A stretch of DNA of 64,000 nucleotides, taken from assembly GCF_021028975.2 (NCBI RefSeq), contig NC_059427.1:122388001-122452000 (forward strand). The letters are read 5' to 3'. The translations under genes were made by a program, and so were the position numbers. Positions within the stretch are counted from its first letter, which is position 1; each line of letters begins with the position of its first letter. The notes below the pieces were generated by a model that saw only the letters and a program-made list of their open reading frames with translations, ran no database searches and was not told the DNA's origin. This DNA comes from Sphaerodactylus townsendi. Taxonomy: Eukaryota. Positions 36,201-51,200 of the stretch are shown here, in pieces.

Positions 36201-39200
36201 AGAGTACAAAAAGAGACCTACCACACATGCTCGCAATGCTGCACTAAGCTGATCAACATCCTTCACACTGGAGACATTCAGGGAGGCCAAGACTGCAGTG
36301 ACATTGCTGCGGATGGAGATCCGGTCCCGTAGCTCCTTTGTATCACCCTGATTTCCCAAATCCTGGAAAAGACAGGAGAAACCCCTACAGGCATGTATCT
36401 CTCTCTCTGTAAAAATGCTACGAAATATACTTGTCCAGCAATAATAATAAATGTTAATCTGTGTACACATATAAGGAGTTTTCTTCTACCAAGTTCTTAC
36501 TTTATTGAGTAGACTTATGATAGCCAAGGAGTATGGCATCACTTCCTGTGGGTTGCCTTGTTGGATTAAACCCCACAGCTCTGATCTGCTCTTTTCCTTC
36601 AGCCAACTGGTTACTGACTTAAACTGTGGTGGAAGATCAGGCATGGTGAGCATCAAAGTTCTGGAAGAAAAGAAAATCATTCTCTTGCAATTAGGTTTGT
36701 CTTAAAACCAATATTCATAATTAAATTCATGAAATTACCAGGGTTTACTTCCAAGTAAATGACACTGGGAACGGAATTAAGATTTCAGTTCTACAGTATT
36801 TGTGAATTGCAGTTGATATTCCCAGGGTTGCTGCAAAGTCACATTGCATACACAGCCAAAAATGAAATGATAAAATCTGTTTTAAAACGTCTACAATATC
36901 AAAGAATGAGTGAGCTCCAAAATAAGCATATCTGAATTCCAGTTAAAATTTACAGTGATTCTCAAATGAATGAACATTTTCTCATTAGTTCAAGAAAAAA
37001 GGGCCCAGTAAGCAACAACTTCAGTTGTGATAGGGATTAAAGCATGTGATTGTAGCTCAAAAAGGAGACTCACTATAGCCTAGAACAGCGGTTCTCAACC
37101 TGTGGGTCGCGACCCCTTTGGGTCCTAAACATACTTCAATAAAAACGTATTGAAATTAAGGGGATTTATATACAACTAACTGAAGTTAGGAACTGACCTG
37201 AGCCCGACCCTAATTGGAAACGGGTGGGATATAAATTTAATAAAATAAAATTAGGAATGGACTATGTGTGAGTTTTCTTTTGCAAATGTACCCTTTCTTC
37301 TGCATTAGAGGCATTAAAAACTACAACTGGAAAATGAAAATTTGCTACAGTCCTCCTCTAACGAATGCATTGGTATCACTGTCAAACAGTATCACTGTCA
37401 ATAGAACTATCCCAAGTAAACAAAACAAATGACTGTAGGTTTAATCTCCCATTTCTCCAATTGAAAGGGTTGCTTTCAGTCAGCACTGTCTGCCTTCTCA
37501 TCAGCTATGGCCTCTGGAAAAACAAGGTGCAACTCTATGGCACAGATTTACTATGCAGCCCATTCCAAACAGATCCCCCATTTACTGGTTTAATGCCAGG
37601 ATCTTTGCTCCCTGTGAGTCCTCTAGCTCAACTAGGATATTGATGCTAGAGAGATTGGTGAGACTGCTTGCTGGCAGGAAGGTCCTAAAGGACGATTTGA
37701 TCCCCCGATACAGGCAGAAGTGCCAGCAATGGTTGCTGGGAGGAGAGCATATTTCAGCAGTCAGGGTATAGATCAGCTGCACAGGGCTGTTATCCTCATC
37801 CATCCAACCTGGAAAAGCAAAGGAAGGAAAAGGTCTAAGTTATATGTGGTGAGTTGTATGCATGACTTCAGGTTCAGTCATATGGGTATATGGATCATGC
37901 CCCCTCTCTTTCCTACTCTGACATATCTTTTTATCACAGTTGAGTATGTAGCAATCAAACACAAGTCTTATACAGTGCAACCCAACAGGTTTTTCTTGCA
38001 CCACAGAATGGTAAGCTGCATTACTGCAGTCCAAGCTCTGTTCAAGACCTGAGTTTAATTCCAATGGAAGTCAGTTTCAGGAAGCCAGCTCAAGGTTGAC
38101 TCAGCCTTCCATCCTTCTGAAGATGGTAAAATGAGTACCCAGCTTGCTGGATATAAAGTGTAGATTATTAAGGAAGGCAATGGTAACCTCCCCACCCCCC
38201 CATTAACATAGTCTGCCTAATAAACATGGCGATGTGACATCACTCCATATGTCAGTAATGACTTGGTGCTTGCACAGGACTACATAAGAACATAAGAACT
38301 AGCCTGCTGGATCAGACCAGAGTCCATCTAGTCCAGCACTCTGCTACTCACAGTGGCCCACCAGGTGCCTTTGGGAGCTCACGTGCAGGATGTGAAAGCA
38401 ATGGCCTTCTGCTGCTGCTGCTGCTCCTGAGCACCTGGTCTGCTAAGGCATTTGCAATCTGAGATCAAGGAGGATCAAGATTGGTAGCCATAGATCGACT
38501 TCTCCTCCATAAATCTTTAGTACCTTTTCCTTTATTCTTACATAGTTGCTTGGCATTACAAATGACACAGGTAACCAAGGGCTGTATATTCTCAGTCCAT
38601 GAAAGTCAGTGTTTGCTTACCTACTTGCAGCTTCCACAACAACTAAGCTTGAATTTCTTTCAAAGAATAGCTAATTGAGTTTTGATTACCAAATTATAGC
38701 ACCAAATTCCTTTATTATCCCAACATACATCCTTCCTTTCCACATGGGCAGCACAATATTCAGTAAGAGTGATGGTGGAATTTGTTGAGTTACTTACCCA
38801 TGCACTGAAATTTAACGGGTGTCTCCAAGATATAGATGTTGTTTTCTGGTCTTAGAATACAGACCCCTCCTCTGGGTGGGTTGTTTGGAGTGAGAGTGAG
38901 GCTGGCCGATCCCTGTAGCTGTCCATCAAACTGCATGGCCAACACTGTGAAAGTGTAATTTACTCCATCCTGCAGAATCCCCTGCCTAATCACCAGATCA
39001 CGATTGGAGTCCCCCGTGGAAGTGGTCACGTTGTCCAAAGTCAGAATCTGGCCATTGGAACTCTGAGCTCTCCATTCATACTGCATGGATTAGATGGACT
39101 GTCTGTAGTAAGCACTAGTCATAATATCAGAACTGCATCTCTGGCCCATTATGAATGGAATGCTTACCTTGGGACTCTTCACTGCGCAGTGGGTTTATGA

Positions 39201-42200
39201 TGGGATTTCCTTGCATTTCTCCGTTTACATGCAAGGAGGCACTCACTTCTTGCCCTGCATCTTTTCTGCTGAGCACTCTCCTGGTCCTGCTTTTTCTGGT
39301 ACTCTTAACTCCACCCATCAAGTCATTCTTAAAGGCACAGATCCCATCACACCAGAGGTGTAGCTAGGAAAAATGGAGCCCGGGGCAAAATCTGAGCCCC
39401 CCCCCCCCCCCCCGGGCCATAGGCGACCACCCTCCCTCACCACGACCAAACAATTTTTTGCCCCAGGTAATTTGAAAGGAGATTGGGGGGGACTGGGAGA
39501 GCTTGCTCTACCCATGAATCCCGTGATCCATGGGCAGAACAAGCTTGCTGTGGATGGGGTGGGGGCTGGGAGAGCTGGTTCTGCCCATGGATCCTGTGAC
39601 CCATGGGCAGAGCAAGCTTGCTGGGGTGGGGTGGGGGGGGGCTGGGAGAGCTGGCTTTGCCCGTGGATCCTGTGACCCATGGGCAGAGCAAGCTTGCTGG
39701 AGTGGGGGGGGGGGGGCTGGGGCTGGGAGAGCTGGCTCTGTTCATGGATCCTGTGATCCATGGGCAGAGCCAGCTCTCCCAGCCCCAGCCCCATCAAGCT
39801 TGCTCTGCACATGGATCACAGGATGCATGGGCAGAGGAGGCTGGAGCGCCCCTCTATCTCTGAGAGTGAGCCTCTCAGAGAGAGAGTGGCGCTGCAGCCT
39901 CCGTGTTTGTTTTTTTAAGCCAAGAAAGGTTTCCTTTCTCAGCTTAAAAACAAACAAAAAAAGCTGAGGCTGGAGGCATCTGCTGGGAGAGGGAAGGCTT
40001 CTGCCGGGCTCTGTAGGCCCAGCTGGCCTTTTTGGATGCCGGGGGGAGAAGGCTTCTGCCGGGCCCAGGCTGTGCCTCCACCCTCCTGCACCCTACTGGT
40101 CTTGGGCAGCCTGCAGGGCCGGGCCTCCTTCCCTCCTTGGCCCACCCCCGCCCTGCTCCGCCCCACCCTGACAGACTGCTCCTTCAGCTGGCTCTGCAGA
40201 CTGAAGGAGCAGTCTGTTGTGGTGGGGGTGGGCAAAAGGGGGAAGGGGTGGGGTTTGGGGGAGCAATTTTCCTCTCCCCCATGTGACTTAACAGGGGGGC
40301 GCCTGGGACAATTGTCCCCGGATGTCCCCATTGTAGCTTCGCTACTGCTTAACACCCAATAGTCTTGAGATTGGTGGCTTAGTAAAAGCTTTTTAATTAC
40401 TGTTATATCAATATTGTATCCTCTTTTAAAAAAATAACCCCCCCCCCCCCAAAAAAAAATGAAAGAGGCAATAAAATTCCCTGGACCACACACTGCTGAA
40501 GAAGGGGACGTGTGTAGAGCTGATATTCTCTCCCCCACTCCATGATTTGGAGTAGTAGAAACAGCAATAAATCTCTCAAAAGTAAAAAGGGAAGTAGTTA
40601 GTAATAATGGTATTCTTCAGATGTAGTAAAGAAGAGCACTGAAGCAGAAACACAAACTGAAAAACTGTCTGAACAACTCTGTTTTCAAAATGACAAGAGA
40701 CCTGTGTGTAGGGCAAGAACAGCTAAATCATGGTTGCTTTCTATCCCTGGAACTCAGAACATGCTGTCTCACCTGTGTTCTGTTGTCACAGCTGTTGCAC
40801 TGTCCAGACAGTGTGACGTGGACGCTCCTGCTGACCTTGTAGCTTGACAAAGCACTGCAGGAACGGCACTCCAGAGTCACTGGCAGGGTCTGGTTAGAGT
40901 CAATCCATACCTGCTGACCAATATCAGAGGGCATATCAAAGCCTCACAGAAATAAGACACTTTGCAGGAATGCATACAAATGAAGCAACACATTGGCACA
41001 CAAAAGAGGCAGAAGGTGCTCAGTAGAGCAGTGCTGCTGTTGTAGGATAAGGCAAAAGGGTAAACACATCCAGGCAAGAACATAAAATGATAAATTTCCT
41101 CAAATTCCCAATCCCCCCCGCCCATGTCCTGTTCACAGAGGAGTATCTAGGGAAAATGTAGCCTGGTGCAAAATCTAAGTATCCCCCTGTCCCCTGTATA
41201 GGTGGCCTCCCTCCCCCACCTCAACCAAACACCTTTTTTTACAACAAGTCTTGAAGTCAGTGTATGGATCCAGGGGGAAGGAGGAGGGGTGTGGAGGGTG
41301 ATTTTCCGCTCCCCCCCATGTGACTAAATGGCCACAGCCCAGGGACATTTGATCCCATATGTCCCCCTGGGCAGTATGCCTCTGCCTATTCAGTTGCAAG
41401 ACTAGAAACAAAACTGACTGCGTTATTTCAGTTTCCATTGTCTGCTCAACATTAGCAAGTGGAACGCAAGTGCAGCTCATTGACACTTTTCCAAATTTAT
41501 CAGCCTTCTACTTGAAGGACAAGTGTAGTCTGAGGTCTGCCCATCATGGCGAGAGGACAAAATCATCATTGACAAATATAAGATGCTGAAAAACCTGAAG
41601 CAAATTCCCTTGCTGGACCCTCTCTGTGCAATCTTATCCACAAATTTCAGCTTATAAATAGAAGACTTACTTCCTCATATTGTGTCTCTCACTCTGGTCC
41701 TGCAGATCAAACTTGTACTGTGGATTCCATGTTTGGAACTCCATTCATAGGCATTAAGGAGCTGACTCTGATTGTGATGATGTTATGAGGGGAGAAAGGG
41801 CGTAAGCCATTTTCCTCTCATGGAAAGGTGCTATTTGCTCCAATGAAAAACTTATGTGCCGTCCATCAATATACATTTTCCCAATGGGGGGAAAAGTGCC
41901 CCTGGGCCAATTCAGGTAAGGAAATGGCACAAGGGGAAAGTTTATACCCCCCATCCCCTATATGCCATGGTCCTACTCCAAATTGACTCTGCATGCCTGA
42001 GCAAGTTCTCAGCATAGAACTTGCTATGTGCATATAATTGCTAGAACCTAGGAAAGACATGAGAAAAACATAACACGTAGCTAAGTTGTTATAGAACCAA
42101 GGCACTGCACTCTCTCCAAAGAGGAAGTATTTTAATTGCTAAAATTACCAGGCTAAACAAACCATGGACACACAACAGCCAGAACTGCCACTGACATCTG

Positions 42201-45200
42201 TGTGGGGTGGAGGCAATTCTTTAAAACCATAGTGAAGAGTTGTGTGACAGGAGTAGGCCTGATGTCCTGACCCAGACATGGCTATTTGCTCCAGTCCCAG
42301 ATCGATTCAGGGGACTTATGATTTAGGAAAGGGCTTTATTTTTGCTTTGTCATAATGCACAGAGACAGTGCTGGCAGGTGGCAATTGGAGATGAGAGCAG
42401 AAGGGTCTTGGCCAGAGGTGGGATCCAGCAAGTTCTCACCAGTTCCCGAGAGTGGGTTACTAATTATTTGTGTGTGCCGAGAGGGGGTTACTAAATGGGT
42501 CTGCTTTTCCGTTAGAAATTCCATTAGGTCCAAAAATCATAAAGTCCTGTTGTTTACTATGTGGCTGGTTAGCGAAGGTAGAAAACGGGATAATTCTCCC
42601 TGTTGGGCTGTTTTAAAAACATGTTTTAGAAATATGGTACAGTTCCTTGTTTAAGGAAAGTATCCTTCTTTTGATTTCTAGAAACAAAATTAAGTATTTG
42701 AAAGTATTAAGTATTTGACAGGCAGTCAATTAGAGGAGAAGTAGTTGTTTCTGTTGGCAGTAGACGATAGGACTTGCTATAATGAGTTTAATTATGAACA
42801 GAAAGATACCAGCTGGAAATTAGGAACTTTTTTTACAGTAAGAGTTTTTTACAGTAACAGAGAAATTATTAATGCCCCGCCCCCCGGAATGCCCGGCCAC
42901 TCCCCCGTCGTGCCCCGCCCAGCCCCATTGGCGCTACGCCACTGTTTGAATCCCACCACCATGGGAACCTGTTACTAAAATTTTTGGATCCCACCACTGG
43001 TCTTGGCATCCTGATATGGTCTTTAAGTGTAGAGATAGGGGGTCTGGGAGATCTACAGATGGAAGCGCATCCCTGCTGAGACTGAAAACAACTTTAAGTT
43101 GAAGACGTAGAGACAGGATTTAAAATTCTGGAACACCTAAGTGTGAGAGTAAACAGTAGTAGTAAAGCCAAGCTCACCATCTGTGCCACAGAGACAGGAC
43201 TTTTTCCAGGCTTCTTCACAGTAAGGGTGAAGCGATAAGACACCCCTGCACTTAGCATAGAGTGGGGGACAATGACTCTGTCACTGCCCACCAGAGATGG
43301 AAAGTCACACAGAAATGTGGACGTATGAAGTGCCTGTGACAGAGATACAATTAATTAATGCCCCTTTAGGATGCCTGTTTCTGCTCTAACAGTGGTAAAT
43401 CAAAGAACACTGGTCATATCTTATTAAAGACTTCTTAAAACATGCAAATTCTAAAACATAGACTAGATTTATCTTACGCTTTTTAAGGATAAAACGCTTT
43501 TTATGTGGCGTGTGCCCAAGCTTTATCACCCCCAATGTAAAAGTCTCCATCCTACATGACACTGGCTCTTCCCACACAAACCAAATAAAATGTTTCCTCC
43601 ATGGAGTTCCACATAGTTTTTAGACCAAAATATTTTATTTCCTGCCTTGAAATGGTTTATTTGCATGATGTTCCCAATCAATTCTTTTTTTAAAAAAAAT
43701 GGCTTTCTGGAAGTGTTTCTTTTGTAAAAGTGTTTTAACTTGCTGTGCAATCTCTTTAAAATGTTTCCCATGCCACTTTGCAGTCCCCAGACTTCCTCAC
43801 TGACACCATTTTCTGGGGGTTCAGGGGGTTGGGGGAGTTGTGTCTGTGTAGCTACATACCCTGAAAACAAGACCTATCCCAAAAATAAGTCCTAGCATGA
43901 TTTTTTGGGGATTTTTGGAGGATGCTTGAAATATAAGCTCTACTTCAAAAAGAAGGCCTTGTTACAGATTCCCCGGCACAGCTGACCTGGTCGCAAAATC
44001 ATGGGAAAAAATAAGACATCCCCTGAAAATAACCCCTAACACAAAAATTAATATAAGACCCTGTCTTATTTTTGGGGAAACACGGTAGGCATGACCCCTA
44101 GAGAATCGCAGCACAAATGTGTAAAAAGAACCCCGTAACAACCACAAAATGGCAGCCAGGAAGCGTTTTTGAGGGGTTGAGTGCAGACAAATGGAAGGTT
44201 TTGAAAATGTTTACAAAACATTTTCAGGGGCTTGAGCGAAAAGGGCCACTATCTAAGGGCAGTTTAAAGAGAAGCTTAGACCAAAAACCATATGTGCATT
44301 GCAAAGCTCACTAAATATTTGAAATGTAAACCTGGTATAAGACTATTTTAAATCACCTTTTTATTCTTACATGTGCCCACTAATAGTAGACTGACTGAAA
44401 AGTATTTAGGATGACATGTGTGAATACAACCTTGATATTCCCCTGTAATTTTTTGAAATCTAGATATGAGATATGAAAACAGGGGCACACTCTCCCAGTA
44501 GAATAACTTTCAAAGAACAGAAGGGAAATGAAGATTGCATTCACAGACACAATCCACTTCCTGATAAAGCAGGTTATAAAGTTATGCCAGCAATTGCTAC
44601 TTCAGTTTACTTTATGACAATATAGCAAAAGGAAAGTAGAGCAGATGTCACAAGAAATCTTAGAGAAAATGCTTAGACCAGATTGGAGTCACACATACTT
44701 GCCAAACTATAGTACTGTTAACAACCTTTCAAGACATCATATAAATGTTTAAGGACTCCATTCTTTGGAGTTATACATCCCAGTAACCAACTCCCTTAAC
44801 TATGAAAATTATATGTGTAATGGTTGACTTTTCAACTTCTATTACCTCCAGTTCACAGCTCCACTGGTATTCCAGAGAGGAGTCTCTTCTCATTTCTATA
44901 TCAGGGTCGTATGATTTGCTTCCATCTAAAACCAGATCCAATTTAGCTGTCCAGCTCCTCCAGGATCCCCCTTGGATGACTGGAACCAGCTTGCTGGAGA
45001 CTACAGTGAAGTTACTGGAAACCACCTGAAACAAAGGAGTGTTCTCAAGAGAGACAGTGAAACGTAGGCAGTAGGGACCAACATCCAAAGAGAGCGCTGG
45101 GAGCACAAGGCGTGGAGTTAGTCGATCTATGTAAGGTAATGAAACTAGGTTAGTGCTGGACAAATGATCACACGTAGAACTGTGGAATATCTCCCACTGA

Positions 45201-48200
45201 TATAAGGCCCGGTAGGCTATACAGTTTTTCAAGTCCACATCAGCCTCAAAATAGCTATGGTAGGACCTGGAGATCACAGAGGGAGGATCCACCAGCTTCA
45301 CAGTGGGGTTTTTGCAGCCCAGCTCCTGAACAGTTATTTTTGTCTGTGCCAGGACAAAACTGATTTGGTTGTAGACTCTAACTTCTACCAAGTAATCACC
45401 AGCATGGTTATACTTGTGAAACACTCTACCATCTCTATAGTCGGCAAGAGACTTCACCGAATCCCCAAACTTCCATTCAGTGTGAAGATTGCTGCCGCCA
45501 ACAACAATCACATCAAATGATACTGTTTGATTGACAAAAGCCCTTGTTCCATTGCAGGACAGAGTAACAGCCTTTACTGGCGCCTCTAAGGTCCTCATAA
45601 TGGTAAGAGTGTCTGCACAGAAAGAGTTGCTGGCCTCTATTAGAATGGTCAAGTTGCCTTCATCGGAGGGTATGTAAGTAACCTGCTGGCCTGTGGCATT
45701 ATAGTCAGGAAGCCCATCAAGTTGAAATGCCCAGGAGAAGGTAATACTCTCCCCACTTTGCACCGTTGCTTTGAATGTAAGTTCTTTATTGGATTCCAGG
45801 ACCGATGGGCAGTCACTTAAGAGGTGCAGCCCCTTCACCTTTTCCAGGACTGTTACCAGAATAGCAACTGTCTGATTGCTAATGCTGTTGTAAGCAGACA
45901 CAAACACTTGGTGATGGCCTGGCACTGGAAAAGACAAACAGAAAACCCCTCTCTGATTTTCTACATAAATATCCAATGAAGGGATGCAGAGGGCAAAGGC
46001 CATGCTTGTGCCTTGCAGCACATGCAGAAGAAAAGTAACTTCCTCATTGGTGCATACGTTCTGCTTGTCCACTGTCACAGCCAATCCAGCCACAGGTTCA
46101 TGAACAGAGACTGTATCCATGATTGTACTTTCACTGATGTCATTCCAGACTCGCAGAAACACTTTGTAGTCTCCAAACTGTTCAAATTCACATGAGATAT
46201 TCTGTTCATGGAAGGTTAGTTTCTCTTCTCCTTCCCTCCACAGCTGCCACTCCCACGCAATGTCAGAGCCTGTGGCTACCATACCCAAAAGCTGTGCAAT
46301 GGCACCTGATTTCAAGGAGAAGGGCCTCGTGGCACCTATCAAACTGAAATTTGCGCCAAAAACAGGTTCTTGGACTCTGAGTTCTCTGGAGCCATTGCTG
46401 GATCCCAGAGCATTGGAGACTGTGACAAAAACCAGTTTGGACCCCAGAGTGGTATAAGTATAGGAAAGGGAGGAGAAGGTGGTAAACAGGGGCTGTGCAT
46501 CTTTTTCCATTCTCCACAAGTAAAGAAGATCTATCCCAGAAGTCACTGAGATACTCAGATTCACTGGTTTCCCCACTGCAACCCTATCAGTGGTTGAATG
46601 AATTTTGACACCAGAGACTCTCTCCAAGACTTCTAGGGTAAGACTGGAGGTAAATTCTCCCAGAGCATTCCCAACTCTTACCTCCACTAAAAGATTGCCA
46701 GTTGTATTGGGGAAGAATGAGAGCAACTGCTCTTCAGCAGTAAACAACTGCTGCTTTCCTTGTGAAACAGTCCACTGGGAAGTGACATTGGAGCCATGAG
46801 TAACCTCACTGAAGAGTGAGAATGGTTCAGCAACGGCCACATATTTGTTCTGTACCACATGTTCACTATGAATCACCACCCCTTGGATGGTGTCTTGGAC
46901 TTCAATGGTTATATTAGCCTTCTCCATACTCACTGCATTCTCCACCATGGCAAACACCACAAAAATCCCAGCAGTGGAGAAAATATAAGAGAAAGTGGCT
47001 ATCCCTTCTTGCAATTCACTTGCTTCACCAACAGCCCAATAATACCGGACATGATCCCCAGCAGCTAAGGAAGCTCTGAATGTGACTTCCTGTCCAGACT
47101 CACCCACTGGATGCTCAACATATAGAGTCAAGTTCTTAACCAGAGTCAGCACCACCATGGCAAGCGTAGCTGTTTTATGACTGATCAGATTCTCACCGAC
47201 AACCACAATGGTAACATCTCCAGCCTTCTGATAGGTGTGAGAGGCTCTCTGACCTACCTGTTGAGGTGAGGCATCTCCAAAGTCCCACTTAAATGTAGCT
47301 GTAGCATCCCAGTTGATTTCAGCTTCAAAAAGATAGGCAATCCCTATAGCTAGAAACATGCCAGTTTCACCACTGGAATGAATGGAGATAGTACTAACTG
47401 CTCTCTGAACAACAACAGACACTGAGGCATTTTGTCGGCTTACCATGTTCCACACAGTCACTGTCACCATGTACACTCCAGTTTCCAGGTACACAAAGGT
47501 AATTTCCGGTGTTCTAGAAAGCACAGGGTCTTCATCAATTCCAAAATCCCAATGGTACTTATACTGGTGCATGGGGTCAGGTACAGGATCCACTTCAGCC
47601 AAGAAGGACAGTGGTTCTCCTAAAGCCACGGCAGGCATTGGAGCCAATAACTGAACTGATCTGATTTTGTCCTCCACACAAATGGTAAGCTGATGAGAGA
47701 CAGTACTCACTGTGCCATGGGCTGTTAGATTCAACTGGTATTTCCCAGCAGCCATGTAGCAGTGAAGAACTGTGACATTTCCATGCTTGATGGAAGGGGG
47801 GCTACCATCTTGGAAATCCCAGCAGAACTGAACTTGCTTTACTGGCCCTGTTACAACAGCCTGGAATAAAGATGGCTCCCCTGTGGAAAGACAGCTATCA
47901 GCCAGGATGCTGATAATCTGAAGTTTATAAACCTCAACTATAGTGGATACAGAGTTAGAGGCAGCAGCACTGTGAGCTGTCACAGTTACCATGTATTCTC
48001 CTTCTGCAGCAAAAGTGTGAGAAACAATGCCACGTGACAGATTGATGTAGATGCATCCATCCCCCATGTCAAAAGACCAGTGGATATCTGCACCAGAGAC
48101 TACTGTAGCATTGACAACTGTGACTGAACCTAGTTCAGTAGGTCCACTAGATGTTATATGCAGACCCAGGATTTCTTCGCTGATCAACACAGATTCAGTC

Positions 48201-51200
48201 GATGAAATTTCACTAATATTGTTATGGGCTCGCAATGTCACATTATAAATTCCACGCTTTTTATAGGAATGGTACACAGTAGAATTTGGTCCTTCTTGTA
48301 GAGGTGATCCATCGCTGAAATTCCAGAAATATAAGATACCGTACGGGGAAGGAGAAACCAACGCCTCAAAACAAGTAACCTCATTAACTGAAGGGGAGGT
48401 TGGCACCACCAGTATAGTCACCATGCCTATAGGAATGACAGCACGGACTCTGGTCACCTGATGAATTTGTTCATATTTGTTGAAGGCATCAACTCTGATC
48501 ACATAGTCACCTACAAAAGAGAAATGGGCAGCATCACTTGGTGGTATATTTCTTTCCCCAAAACTGAGCTTTCTAGGTTTAATATTTTAGTCATAGCCAT
48601 GATTTTTAAAGAGACACTTTCTCTCAAAGGGCATAGCAAATAGCTTAGGAAAAGGCCATCCTCGACCCAGACTGATTATGAACTGTCCTTTAGCTATACC
48701 CCTGTGATGCCAAATCACCAGCCTAGTTATGCTGTCATTGATTGCAGTCATAGACCTCAGCAAGGGTGAGGATACTGCCTGTCCAATGCAACAGCTGCCT
48801 GACTTGACATGCCAAGAAGAGGAATTGGAAGAGGAAGAAGAAGTGTGTGGATTCATACCCCGCTTTTCTCAACTGTAAGGAGTCTCAAAGTGGCTTACAA
48901 TCACCTCCCTTTCTCCTCCTCACAACAGATACCATGTGAGATAGGTAGAACTCAGAGCCTGCCTCTTCTTCCTTGCTTGTATGTCAGTATTCTTACCTTG
49001 ATCCCAGTTTTCTATGCTGGTCTTATCTCCTGTGTCCTGATTCCCAGGGTCCTAACCTTATTGTAGCTAATTGTCCCATTACTAAATTTCTGGAATTAGT
49101 TTTCTCATTTCATCATTATTTTTTGTCCTCTTTCCATCTCTTCCTCCAACTTTTCTCTCCTCTTCATTTCAGGAAGGAAAACATTGCCTGGAAGCTCCTC
49201 TATCTCCCTAGCAATTTTCCAGAACCAACCTGGCTGAATGAACGCATGGGTCACACTGGCTGATGCTTGAACTTGTTCTGTCCATGCAGATGGATGTGGT
49301 AGCTGAGCACTGTTAGGGGAAGTCAAAATACTCTCTACCATTGGGCTGTTGTCACCAAAGTTCCATCTGTAAGCAGAAATAACTTTGTCTAGAAGTATAG
49401 AAAGCAAAGAAATGCATCGGGGGGTAGAGGGAAAGAAGCAGAGGTCAGATTAACAGTGTTTTCCTCAACTTAAGTTTTTACATTCTGTAAAATTTAGGAC
49501 TGCATCTTGCAGAAAACAGAGATGATGCACATAAGCAGAGACCCTTGCAACATTTGACAGTTCAATGCAAAATTTCTGCAAGAAATACCTGTTGATCTCT
49601 AGAGTGTATGAAGGATAGGTACAGAAATTCTATGAGCCAGAAGGATCGACCAAACTCTTCCTAAAAATGAACTACAAGCAGCAATCACAATATGAGTTCT
49701 TCCCTGGGCTTTCCCTCCCATCAGTGCTCTTCCAAATTATCCACATCTACCTTCTGTATCTGCCAAACCTCTCTTTTCCACAAGGCAAATACAATGTCTG
49801 ATGACAGAAGTGGACAACATGTCAAATGATATTACGTTAATTTGCATTGTATATCCTAATTGTACCATTTATTATTTCAGAAACTCAAATATATCCTGCT
49901 AAACTCACTACTGAACTGAACCTGGTGCTCCTTGCTGGTAGCATGCTGCAGTCTAGATAAGATGAGTTCCAGTACAGGAAGTAGTTTCAGAGAATCTGGA
50001 TTTAATACATCCTACCTCTGAACATGACGTCAAATTATTTTTCATAGAATCATAGAGTTGGAAGAGACCACAAGGGCCATCAAGTCCAATCCCCTGCCAT
50101 GAAGAAACACACAATCAAAGCACTCCTGACAATTACATTAACCTGTTCTTTATAGGATATCTCATGCTAGCAGAGAATCCTGTTTAGGATTAGAAAAGGA
50201 TTTTCTCCAGATCTGTTAAATAATTTTTAAAGCCACTGTTTGTCTTTCTCTGATGAAGGAAACTCAGTTCATTTTGCTATTTTCCCATTTGATAGCAACA
50301 GCCTATGGCTGCCTTATGGTCTGGACTACATCATTTGAAGTGTGTGTGTGTTGGGGCAGGGGCTACTTTGTTGGTGTCTTGCATCAGAGGTTGAACAAGA
50401 CAGATCCTTGCTCTTTCCCCACTGCTTTTGAATGCATGAAAATTTAAGGACATAGATGGCCATATCTCATGAATTCAGGTGAACATACCACACACACACA
50501 CAACACCTATGTACTCTGATAGGTTCTATCGGGTGATATAATGTAAGGCTTTGTTAGCATGACATTTCCTTTGAATAGTTTCTTCATGTTCCATTTTGAT
50601 TCCATACATATGCGCGCGTGTGTATTCAGTTTTAATATTATAATGTTTTGCAAATACAAAAAAAGATGTAAACATCTACAATATATCAGTCTTTGCAAAA
50701 CTTGCATGATAACAAGCTTAGCAACCTATTTCCTCATACGTACAAGATACACCATTCCTTTATAGGTACATTATTCCTAAATACAATATAGAATTTTCTT
50801 TTTGACATTTTCTTCCAGTTTAATAGATATTCCATAATGGTTAAAATACCCTTTTATCTTGAGCAGATTGTTTCTCATTCCACATCTGTCTGTACATCTT
50901 TTTTCTTAAATGGCCAGTCTGTAATGCTAGATAAAACTTAAGGGATCTTCTTAATTTGATTTTAAAAATCACAACCTTGGATAATGTCAAAAGGTTAGTT
51001 CACAGGACCAATTCAGTTAATGACTACTATGGTAAAAGCCTAGCTCATGTCGTTTGGCACGTCCTTCAGTTGTTCAGCTGAGTTTATGCTTCACCAGGAG
51101 CTAAATTCAGCTTTTCCCCTCTAAGGGTTTCCAATAGATCTCATGCACTAGAATGGTGAGGTGAAAGGGATTTGGCTGTTTTAAAGTTCTCCCCCCTGAG

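Noticed and set aside
39318-40538. Cluster of GC-rich ORFs
   Set aside because: They lie within a MITE/minisatellite; low-complexity translations.
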